DNA of 64,000 nt, from NCBI GenBank assembly GCA_963831855.1, contig CAWHSA010000004.1, forward strand, positions 194,475 to 258,474, in the 5' to 3' direction. Of this stretch, positions 38,711 through 46,492 are shown piece after piece (within the stretch, counting starts at the first letter, position 1; each line of letters opens with the position of its first letter). The DNA comes from an uncultured Bacteroidales bacterium (GTDB lineage Bacteria; Bacteroidota; Bacteroidia; Bacteroidales; VadinHA17). The notes below the pieces were generated by a model. It was not told where the DNA came from. It did no database searches and saw only the letters and a program-made list of their open reading frames with translations. A program made the position numbers and the translations under genes.

Positions 38711-39625
38711 TTGACAGGATTTGCTTTAATATTAGTTGCAGCGGTTTTCTTTCCCGGAGTAATATTGCGGGCAAAAAGCATTACCTCAGGACGAAGAGGA
38801 CCGGGTATATTGCAGCCTTTAAAAGATTTGCGGGTGCTGATGGGAAAAGGAAGTGTCTTCAGCAGCACTACAAGTATCATATTTCAGATTGCACCGGCAG
38901 TCTCTCTGGCCTCTGTTCTCTGTGCATCCCTTGTAGTTCCATTTGCAAATCAAAATGCATTTATTTCATTTGAAGGTGATTTTATCTTTTTCTCATACCT
39001 CCTTGCATCCGGAAAGTTCTTTTCAATCATTGCCGCACTTGATACCGGCAGCAGCTTCGGGGGAATGGGGGCAAACCGCGAAGCTTTCTTCTCCATGCTT
39101 ATTGAACCTGCATTTTTCATATTACTTGCTACTTTTGCCATGTTTACAGGCTATACCTCTTTCACTGATATTTTTAGCCACTTCTTTATTACAGGTAATC
39201 ATAATGTCTTAATATATAGCATTATAGGATTTTACCTGTTTATACAGATAGCTATGGTTGAGAACAGCCGTGTACCTGTGGATGATCCGAAGACTCACCT
39301 CGAACTTACTATGATTCATGAGGTGATGATTCTCGATAACAGCGGATTCGATAAAGCGTTGATCCACATAAGTTCATACCTGAAATTCGCGATTTATGGT
39401 TCTTTGATGTACAATCTTATAGTTCCTGCCGGATGGAACATAATTTTACAGATCGGGCTTTTTATTATGGTACAGCTTATGTTTGCTATCGTAATTGGGT
39501 TTACAGAATCTTTCCGGGCCCGGAATAAAATGAATAAAAATCCCAAATTCATTCTTACTATCTCAGCTGTTGCCTGGATTGCTTTTGTGGTGATTTTAAT
39601 ATTAACCGACAGATTTATCGGATAA
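38711..39625 (+). CDS. NuoH/HycD/HyfC-like membrane subunit (EhrB-type)
   Basis: 304 aa with about 8 TM. The loop RVPVDDPKTHLELTMIHEVMILDNSG aligns with the R-x-PFD-x2-E-x-E-x-EL...EYSG loop of the NuoH/HycD family. TTG start lies 2 nt after the upstream stop. Confidence 0.7.
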   Translation: MTGFALILVAAVFFPGVILRAKSITSGRRGPGILQPLKDLRVLMGKGSVFSSTTSIIFQIAPAVSLASVLCASLVVPFANQNAFISFEGDFIFFSYLLASGKFFSIIAALDTGSSFGGMGANREAFFSMLIEPAFFILLATFAMFTGYTSFTDIFSHFFITGNHNVLIYSIIGFYLFIQIAMVENSRVPVDDPKTHLELTMIHEVMILDNSGFDKALIHISSYLKFAIYGSLMYNLIVPAGWNIILQIGLFIMVQLMFAIVIGFTESFRARNKMNKNPKFILTISAVAWIAFVVILILTDRFIG

Positions 39626-39631
39626 ATAGAA

Positions 39632-40246
39632 ATGGTTAATTACCTTATAGTACTGTTCGCAATAACACTTATTTATTTTGCTTCCGCCGAAAGGCTGACA
39701 ACTTATATCAGGCTGATCGGTCTCCAGGGACTGTTGCTATGCGGAATTGCCCTTTTTGAGCTTAAGGAGATAAATGGTGCCAATCTTATCTTTATTGCAG
39801 CAGAAACGTTGATCTTCAAGACATTATTGATGCCGTACCTGTTGTTAAAGATCGTCAGGAACTCTGTCATTACCAAAGTCCATCGACTGGCTATGCCGGG
39901 ATTTTACACGCTTATCCTGTCAATATTTGCCCTTCTTATTAGTGTGATTCTCGCAAATTCCCTTATAAATCCCTTTATCAACACTATTTACATGTCAATT
40001 GCTCTGTTTGCTCTTTTTACCGGACTTGTGCTGATTGTTACCCACAGGCTTATAATCTCACACCTTATCGGTTTCCTGATAATTGAAAATGCTGTATTTA
40101 TGTTTTCTCTTGCTGTAGGAAATAAAATGCCAATGCTGATCAATGCCGGTATTCTGCTTGATATTTTCGTCGGAGTACTTATCCTTGGATTTTTCGGGTT
40201 GCGACTTAAATCGCATACCAACGAGCTGACAATGTTAAAAGATTAA
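39632..40246 (+). CDS. Small polytopic membrane subunit, HyfE/NuoK-like (EhrC-type)
   Basis: 204 aa with about 6 TM. Size and position match HyfE in hyf-type operons. The motif-level assignment is weak. Confidence 0.55.
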   Translation: MVNYLIVLFAITLIYFASAERLTTYIRLIGLQGLLLCGIALFELKEINGANLIFIAAETLIFKTLLMPYLLLKIVRNSVITKVHRLAMPGFYTLILSIFALLISVILANSLINPFINTIYMSIALFALFTGLVLIVTHRLIISHLIGFLIIENAVFMFSLAVGNKMPMLINAGILLDIFVGVLILGFFGLRLKSHTNELTMLKD

Positions 40247-40249
40247 GGT

Positions 40250-41686
40250 ATGGGACTACTCTTATTTTTTATTATTTCAGCGATAATGGGTATTTCAGTA
40301 GGAATACTCAAAAACAAAACTATCATTAAGATCATTACTCTCGGATTTGCAATTCTGCACATAGGTTTTACCTTGTACAGCTGGACTAATCTGGGAAGGA
40401 CCGAGCTGACTTATTTCTCTTATAATAGTCCGGGGGTATTATTGCTTTCAATCCTGTCGGTTCTTGTAATACCTACAATTTACCATGGATTTATTTATGC
40501 TTCCGGGAACGATGCCAAAAGATTCAGTATATATCATGGGGCATTAATTGCACTCATCACTTTCATGTCGGGCGCTTATCTGGCAAACGGAATGACTGTA
40601 TTATGGATATTTGTAGAAGCTACTACGCTTGCAGTAGCTGCCCTGATCTATCACGACCGGACTGAAATTGCCCTTGAGGCAACCTGGAAGTACGTATTTA
40701 TCTGTTCCACAGGTATTGCCCTGGCTTACCTGGGAATTCTGTTCTTAGGATTTATCTATGGCCGTGAAGATGCTGCAAACCTTTCTTTTGAAACTTTATC
40801 CGGTATAATCAACAAGGCGAATCCTATGTATCTGAAAATAGCGTTTCTGTTTGTCCTGGTCGGCTTCAGCACCAAGATGGGGCTTTTCCCGATGCATACT
40901 GTTACAATTGATGCTCACTCAGTTGCTCCTCCTCCGATAAGTGCGCTCATATCAACCACTTTGATGAATGTCGGGTTCCTGGCAATTTTCAGGGTATTTT
41001 CATTATTCTCATCATCATCAATCCTGAGCTTCATGAATAATGTCCTGATTCTTTCCGGGACACTTTCCATTTTAATTGCTGCGGGATATATGCTTAAAGC
41101 AAAGCACCTCAAACGGATGCTTGCTTATTCAAGCCTGGAAAATATGGGTCTTGTAGCAATTGCAATGGGTATTGGCGGTGTCGGGTATTATGCAGCATTT
41201 CTGCTACTGGTTCTCCATTCCCTGGCGAAATCTGGATTGTTCTATCAAATGGGCCAGCTTTCAAAGATACTTCACACATTCAAACTTGATGAGTGCGGGC
41301 GCTATATGAAACTTTACCCTGCAGGAGCAATGGTGCTTGTTACCGGAATGATCTGTATACTTGCTGTTCCGCCGTCAGGTTTATTTATTGCCGAATTCAT
41401 GATTTTTAAAGGATTGGTTTTCAACGGACAATGGCTGGTCATGATAATAGCAATCATATTGCTGTGCTTTGTTATATATGCAATGAGCACCAGAGTTATG
41501 CATATAGTATTTTCTGACCCGAGGAACCATTTTAAGCAGATTGAGCCGGACAGAGTAAGTCCTGTTGAGACATTCACCCAGTTTGCTTTTTTCGGAACAG
41601 TTATAGTTTTATGCTTTTATCAGCCTCCATTCCTCGTTGATCTCATTAATCAAAGCGTTGCATTATTGCCAAAATTAGCATTGTAA
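40250..41686 (+). CDS. Antiporter-like membrane subunit, NuoN/NuoM/HyfF-like (EhrD-type)
   Basis: 478 aa and polytopic. Has the motifs FVEATTLAV, FSTKMGLFPMHT, LAYSSLENMG and LHSLAKSGLFY of the proton-conducting membrane transporter family. Confidence 0.8.
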   Translation: MGLLLFFIISAIMGISVGILKNKTIIKIITLGFAILHIGFTLYSWTNLGRTELTYFSYNSPGVLLLSILSVLVIPTIYHGFIYASGNDAKRFSIYHGALIALITFMSGAYLANGMTVLWIFVEATTLAVAALIYHDRTEIALEATWKYVFICSTGIALAYLGILFLGFIYGREDAANLSFETLSGIINKANPMYLKIAFLFVLVGFSTKMGLFPMHTVTIDAHSVAPPPISALISTTLMNVGFLAIFRVFSLFSSSSILSFMNNVLILSGTLSILIAAGYMLKAKHLKRMLAYSSLENMGLVAIAMGIGGVGYYAAFLLLVLHSLAKSGLFYQMGQLSKILHTFKLDECGRYMKLYPAGAMVLVTGMICILAVPPSGLFIAEFMIFKGLVFNGQWLVMIIAIILLCFVIYAMSTRVMHIVFSDPRNHFKQIEPDRVSPVETFTQFAFFGTVIVLCFYQPPFLVDLINQSVALLPKLAL

Positions 41687-43203
41687 TGGGTCAGCACTTT
41701 AGAACAATAATAAACAATTCGTCACCGGTTGACATAAGGGATATACCCCTGTTAACCTATGATGAGTTTTATGTTCAGGTAACTGAATTTCTAAAAGCTG
41801 AAACCAGGCACTGTATTGCATATTTTTGTTATGAAGTCGCTGATAACCTGAGCTTTTATTGCTCAATTGCTGATGACAAGGATCTGACCATATCAGTATT
41901 TGCTTATTTATTGAATAAGAAGAATGCTACTTTAAAATCATTAACTCCGGCATCTCCCCAGCTTCATTTATTTGAGAGGGTGATCCATGAAAAGTACGGA
42001 GTGGAATTTAAGGGGCACCCATGGCTGAAGTTTGTCCGGTTCCCCCATGACCGTTTTGAAAAGGCAAAATCGATGCATGATTATCCTTTTTATGAAATTG
42101 AGAGCGAAGAGCTTCATGAAGTTGGAGTAGGCCCGGTTCATGCCGGTGTAATTGAACCAGGTCATTTCAGATTCATTTGCAACGGTGAAAAAGTATTGCA
42201 TCTTGAAATCCAGCTGGGGTATCAGCATCGTGGTATTGAAAAGTTGTTTCTCGAAAAAGGTACTCCACTGCAACAGTGTATAACCTCTGAATCCATTGCC
42301 GGAGATACTTCTGTCGGACATTCACTTGCCCATGCACAGCTTATTGAATCTTTAGCTGGATTGGAAACAGGTATAAAATTGCAGATTGAGCGCTGTATTG
42401 GCCTTGAACTTGAAAGGATGGCTGTTCATATTGGCGATACTGCTGCCTTATGCGGGGATGTAGCTTACCAGTTGGGACAGGTTGTTTGTGAAGCGCTCCG
42501 GACTACCATCATCAATACAACTCAACTCTGGTGCGGTAACCGCTTCGGAAAGGGACTTATACGTCCGGGCGGGACCAATTATCCTCTTAATGATAATGTT
42601 ACAGATGAGATAATGAGAGTTCTGACAGATACAGGAAAACGTTATTCAGAAATCGCAGACCGCATATTTACTCTGCCGAGTGTTCTTGCCCGTTTTGAGG
42701 ACATCGGAATAGTTACCAGGCAACAGGCAGCCGATACAGGGGCAGTGGGAATGGCAGCCCGGACATGTGGTATCCCCAGGGATATCCGGAAAACTCATCC
42801 TTTTCAATACTATAAAAGTTATCCAGTGCAACCCGTAATGCATTTTACAGGAGATGTACTGGCACGTGGGATGCAAAGGGTGCTTGAGGTAAAGGAATCT
42901 GCTAAGATCATCTCAGATCTTATTGGCATTTGGAAACAAAACTCAGGTCACAACCTGATGCCCGATTATAATTATAAGCTGAAACCGGGAAGTTACGCAG
43001 TTTCTCTGGTAGAAGGATGGAGGGGAGAAATTTGCCATGCTGCCGTAACCGGCGACAATGGTGAAATTATACATTATTATGTTAAGGATCCATCATTTCA
43101 CAACTGGATGTCACTCGCTCTGGCAGTCCGTAATCAGGAGATATCAGATTTTCCTGTTTGCAATAAAAGCTTTAACCTTTCCTATTGCGGACACGATTTG
43201 TAA
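41686..43203 (+). CDS. NuoC-NuoD / HycE-HyfG-like large subunit lacking the NiFe-binding cysteines (EhrL-type)
   Basis: 505 aa. The NuoC-like part has FERVIHEKYGVEFKGHP. The NuoD/large-subunit part has GVGPVHAGVIEPGHFRF and LGYQHRGIEK. The L1 site reads ESIAGDTSVGH where ER-x-CG-x-C-x3-H is expected. The C-terminus reads SFNLSYCGHDL where D-P-C-x-x-C-x-x-R/H is expected. The start overlaps the upstream stop (TAATG). Confidence 0.85.
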   Translation: MGQHFRTIINNSSPVDIRDIPLLTYDEFYVQVTEFLKAETRHCIAYFCYEVADNLSFYCSIADDKDLTISVFAYLLNKKNATLKSLTPASPQLHLFERVIHEKYGVEFKGHPWLKFVRFPHDRFEKAKSMHDYPFYEIESEELHEVGVGPVHAGVIEPGHFRFICNGEKVLHLEIQLGYQHRGIEKLFLEKGTPLQQCITSESIAGDTSVGHSLAHAQLIESLAGLETGIKLQIERCIGLELERMAVHIGDTAALCGDVAYQLGQVVCEALRTTIINTTQLWCGNRFGKGLIRPGGTNYPLNDNVTDEIMRVLTDTGKRYSEIADRIFTLPSVLARFEDIGIVTRQQAADTGAVGMAARTCGIPRDIRKTHPFQYYKSYPVQPVMHFTGDVLARGMQRVLEVKESAKIISDLIGIWKQNSGHNLMPDYNYKLKPGSYAVSLVEGWRGEICHAAVTGDNGEIIHYYVKDPSFHNWMSLALAVRNQEISDFPVCNKSFNLSYCGHDL

Positions 43204-43222
43204 GTCTTAATCATTTTTAAGG

Positions 43223-43978
43223 ATGATGTTGAAAGAAATAAAAATACTGAAGAGTCACGGCAGCCAGTACGTGAAGAACCTGCGGACACAAGCAGTTTCA
43301 CCGGCATTCAGAGGGCGTCCTGTAATTTCAGATGATCTGGGCAGTCCTGAAATACATTTTGTGACAAACCTTTGCCCGGTACAGGCGATAGGGAGTGAAA
43401 CCGGTTCCATTGATCTCGGCAAGTGCGTTTTTTGCAATGAATGTGCCCTGGCTCTTCCGGGGAAAATCAGATTTACAAGTGATTACAGGACAGCGGTTAA
43501 CAGGAGGGAGGATCTGGTAATTAATCCGGGAATTGATGTTCAGATCAGGTTAAATGATAATGTTATCAGGAAAGAGGCAAGGAAGTTATTCAAAAACGCA
43601 CTGAAGCTAAGACAGGTTTCTGCCGGTGGTGATAATTCGTGCGAGATGGAACTCGCAGCGACCGGGAACGTAAACTTTGATTTTGGACGCTACGGAATTG
43701 AATTTACCGCTTCGCCACGTCATGCAGACGGGATTGTAATCACCGGTCCGATAAGTGAAAACATGGCTGAAGCATTGGTAATGACATATGACGCAATACC
43801 TTCACCAAAGATCATCATACTTGCCGGAACTGATGCTATAAGCGGAGGTATCTTTGCAGGCACTCCTGCCCTGAACAGGCAGTTTATCGATAACCATCAT
43901 ATTGATCTATATATTCCCGGAAATCCGGTTCACCCGCTGACATTTATAAATGGAGTGCTGGATCTGCTTGGGATATAA
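43223..43978 (+). CDS. NuoB/HycG/HyfI-like small subunit with N-terminal single-cluster ferredoxin-like segment; proximal-cluster ligands mostly lost (EhrS-type)
   Basis: 251 aa. The NuoB-like core is FTASPRHADGIVITG ... PSPKIIILAGTDAISGG ... DLYIPGNPVHP. Only one Cys (GGDNSCEME) sits at the four canonical ligand positions. The N-terminus has LCPVQAI plus CVFCNEC. Confidence 0.8.
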   Translation: MMLKEIKILKSHGSQYVKNLRTQAVSPAFRGRPVISDDLGSPEIHFVTNLCPVQAIGSETGSIDLGKCVFCNECALALPGKIRFTSDYRTAVNRREDLVINPGIDVQIRLNDNVIRKEARKLFKNALKLRQVSAGGDNSCEMELAATGNVNFDFGRYGIEFTASPRHADGIVITGPISENMAEALVMTYDAIPSPKIIILAGTDAISGGIFAGTPALNRQFIDNHHIDLYIPGNPVHPLTFINGVLDLLGI

Positions 43979-43990
43979 TCCTGAATTTCA

Positions 43991-45679
43991 TTAATACCCT
44001 GCAGCCTGCCCGTCTTTTCTTGACTCCGAGGCACCATACAGGACTTTGGTCTTTTCATCCCGCATGATTGCCTGGTAACCGCCATATCCGCCAAGATCCC
44101 ATTGAATCGTATGTCCAATTGACATCAGCTTCTGAATGACTTCTGTCCGGAAGCCGCTTTCCAGCAACAAAACCCCTCCGTCTGTCATCTGCTGACCTGT
44201 GGGCTCCGATGAACCAATATGATGAATTCTAGGTGCATCGCCGGCTTCCTGGAGACTCATTTTAAAATCAATAATGTTGATTGCTATCTGAACATGACCC
44301 TGTGGCTGCATATCACCGCCCATAACTCCGAAGCTGATCCAGGGCTTTTTATTTCTTGTGATGAAGGCAGGGATTATTGTATGGAATGGCCTCTTTCCGG
44401 GTGCGTAAACATTAGCATGGCCTTCTTCAAGACTGAACATCTCCCCCCTGTCCTGCAGAACAAAGCCAAGACCTGTAGGACACATCCCTGAACCCATTCC
44501 GCGGTAATTACTCTGAATGAGTGAAACCATATTCCCATATTTATCAGCTACTGTCAGATAAACAGTGTTGCCGGCTTCTATTATTCCTGCATCATATACT
44601 TTTGCGGCTTTTTCAGGGTTAATAAGCTTCCTTCTCCCTGCAGCATATTTCTTTGAGATAAGTTCTGCAACCGGAACAGCCTTGAACAGGGGATCAGTGT
44701 AGTATTTTGCCCGGTCTTCAAAAGCCAGCTTCTTAGCTTCAGTGAATACATGAATGTAATCTGCTGATCCAAAGCCCATTGAAGCAATATCAAAACCTTC
44801 AAGTATGTTAAGCATTTGAAGTGCGGCAATACCTTGCCCGTTTGGGGGAAGTTCCCAGATGTCATAACCCCGGTAGTTTGTACTGACTGGTTCAACCCAT
44901 TCCGAATGATGGCGGGCAAGGTCATCATATGTCAGAAACCCACCTTGTTTCGCCATGAATGCCGCAATATCGCGGGCTATGCTTCCCCTGTAAAACTCAT
45001 TTCTACCGCCTTTTACAATTTTTTCAAGAGTGCTGGCGAGCAGCGGATTCTTAAATATCTCGCCTTTGGCAGGAGCTTTGCCTCCCGGCATATAGACCTC
45101 TTTAATATTTGGATAATCTTTAAGGGTACTTGTATTCCTGTCAAGATAGAATGCAATTAATTCTGTTACAGGGAAACCTTCCCTGGCATAGGTTATAGCA
45201 GGCTGAAGAATATCTTTCATGGGCAGCTTGCCGAACATATCATGCATTTCATACCATCCGTCAACACAACCGGGAACAGATACAGGCAATGGTCCAAAGG
45301 AAGGAATAAAATCATAACCATTCGCTTTGAAATATTCATATTTCAACGACCTGGGAGATTTGCCGCTGCCATTCAATCCGTATAGCTTTCCCTTGTCAGC
45401 GCTCCATATCAGTGCAAAAAGATCACCGCCGATTCCCGATCCGGTGGGTTCGACAAGGCCAAGCACAGCATTTGCCGCAATTGCAGCATCGATGGCATTA
45501 CCTCCTTTTTTAAGAATATCCAGAGCCACCTGTGTTGCAAGAGGCTGACTGGTAGCTGCCATACCGTTTCGTGCTATCACCTCTGATCTCGTGGCAAAAT
45601 CGTGACCCGTAATCCTGTCCTGGGAAAATATATGAGCAGGCATCAGTACCAGAAGAAGTAACGAAAGAAATACTCTCAT
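43991..45679 (-). CDS. ggt: Gamma-glutamyltransferase
   Basis: Signal peptide MRVFLSLLLLVLMPAHIFSQ. The autoprocessing/nucleophile region is GNTVYLTVADKYGN and the C-terminal motif is GVMGGDMQPQG. The start is taken at the internal Met (45679). Confidence 0.9.
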   Translation of the reverse strand: MRVFLSLLLLVLMPAHIFSQDRITGHDFATRSEVIARNGMAATSQPLATQVALDILKKGGNAIDAAIAANAVLGLVEPTGSGIGGDLFALIWSADKGKLYGLNGSGKSPRSLKYEYFKANGYDFIPSFGPLPVSVPGCVDGWYEMHDMFGKLPMKDILQPAITYAREGFPVTELIAFYLDRNTSTLKDYPNIKEVYMPGGKAPAKGEIFKNPLLASTLEKIVKGGRNEFYRGSIARDIAAFMAKQGGFLTYDDLARHHSEWVEPVSTNYRGYDIWELPPNGQGIAALQMLNILEGFDIASMGFGSADYIHVFTEAKKLAFEDRAKYYTDPLFKAVPVAELISKKYAAGRRKLINPEKAAKVYDAGIIEAGNTVYLTVADKYGNMVSLIQSNYRGMGSGMCPTGLGFVLQDRGEMFSLEEGHANVYAPGKRPFHTIIPAFITRNKKPWISFGVMGGDMQPQGHVQIAINIIDFKMSLQEAGDAPRIHHIGSSEPTGQQMTDGGVLLLESGFRTEVIQKLMSIGHTIQWDLGGYGGYQAIMRDEKTKVLYGASESRKDGQAAGY

Positions 45680-45719
45680 CGTTTTTGAATTTAAATACAA
45701 AGGTAAAAAACAGATCACA

Positions 45720-46427
45720 CTATCTGGCCATAGCCCTGGCTTTTAATTCCTGAGGCATCTTTTCAATAGCGTACCTCAGAGAAGTCCTGGGCATTGTTGA
45801 TTTTTTGCGTATTACATAATCAAAAACCTCATTCTGATGAGCCTGACTGGCTGATTTAAGCATCCAGCCATAACCTTTTTGAACCATGTCGTCCTTGTCT
45901 GAATGCAATATGTCTGCTATTTCGAAGATATCGGGCAAAAACCTGCCTTTCCTTGCAGGTACAATAAGCGACACCGCGGAGGCCCGTTTTACCCAGCGGT
46001 TCTCTGATGTTGCCCATTTCTTCAAACCTTTGAGAAACTCCGGGTACATTTCGATAAAAGCTCCTACTGTATGGTTGCAAAAAGTATCACATGCCGCCCA
46101 GTTACTCACATATTTACTGACCCACATTTCAAAAATCTCAAAATCGGCAGGAACGTATTGTTTTCTTATATTATATGACCACATGCAGGCTATTCCTGCC
46201 TCTTCCATAAATCCTGATTTCCATAAATCCTCACAAAGGGAGAAAATTACAGATTTTGATTTATCCGGAATACTATTAAAATAGGCCTTGCCTATTTGTG
46301 TTATCTGACTTGATTTAATGCCATAGATTTTAATTTTTTCCTTAAAAAATTTTTCACCCTGGATCCTGATCTTTTCATCAGCAATCTGAATCAGTTCCCT
46401 TCTGATCCTGATAATTATTGTTTCCAT
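45720..46427 (-). CDS. DNA alkylation repair protein (AlkD-like HEAT-repeat family)
   Basis: 235 aa, all-helical. Has W-rich motifs (MWVSKYVSNWAACDTFC, ENRWVKRASAV, GYGWMLK) characteristic of the DNA_alkylation family. Confidence 0.7.
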   Translation of the reverse strand: METIIIRIRRELIQIADEKIRIQGEKFFKEKIKIYGIKSSQITQIGKAYFNSIPDKSKSVIFSLCEDLWKSGFMEEAGIACMWSYNIRKQYVPADFEIFEMWVSKYVSNWAACDTFCNHTVGAFIEMYPEFLKGLKKWATSENRWVKRASAVSLIVPARKGRFLPDIFEIADILHSDKDDMVQKGYGWMLKSASQAHQNEVFDYVIRKKSTMPRTSLRYAIEKMPQELKARAMAR

Positions 46428-46492
46428 AATAATTTATTCCTTATTCAATCAGGCTTTATTGAAAATTTCGAAAAGTAATTTAGAAAATGTTC

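Noticed and set aside
41686-43203. Annotating the cluster as a functional [NiFe] hydrogenase-4 / formate hydrogenlyase (hyfBCEFGI)
   Set aside because: The subunit order resembles hyf. By manual alignment, however, the large subunit lacks both CxxC ligand pairs and the small subunit lacks three of four cluster ligands. No fdhF, hycI, hyp or HycF/HyfH-type gene is present in the window.
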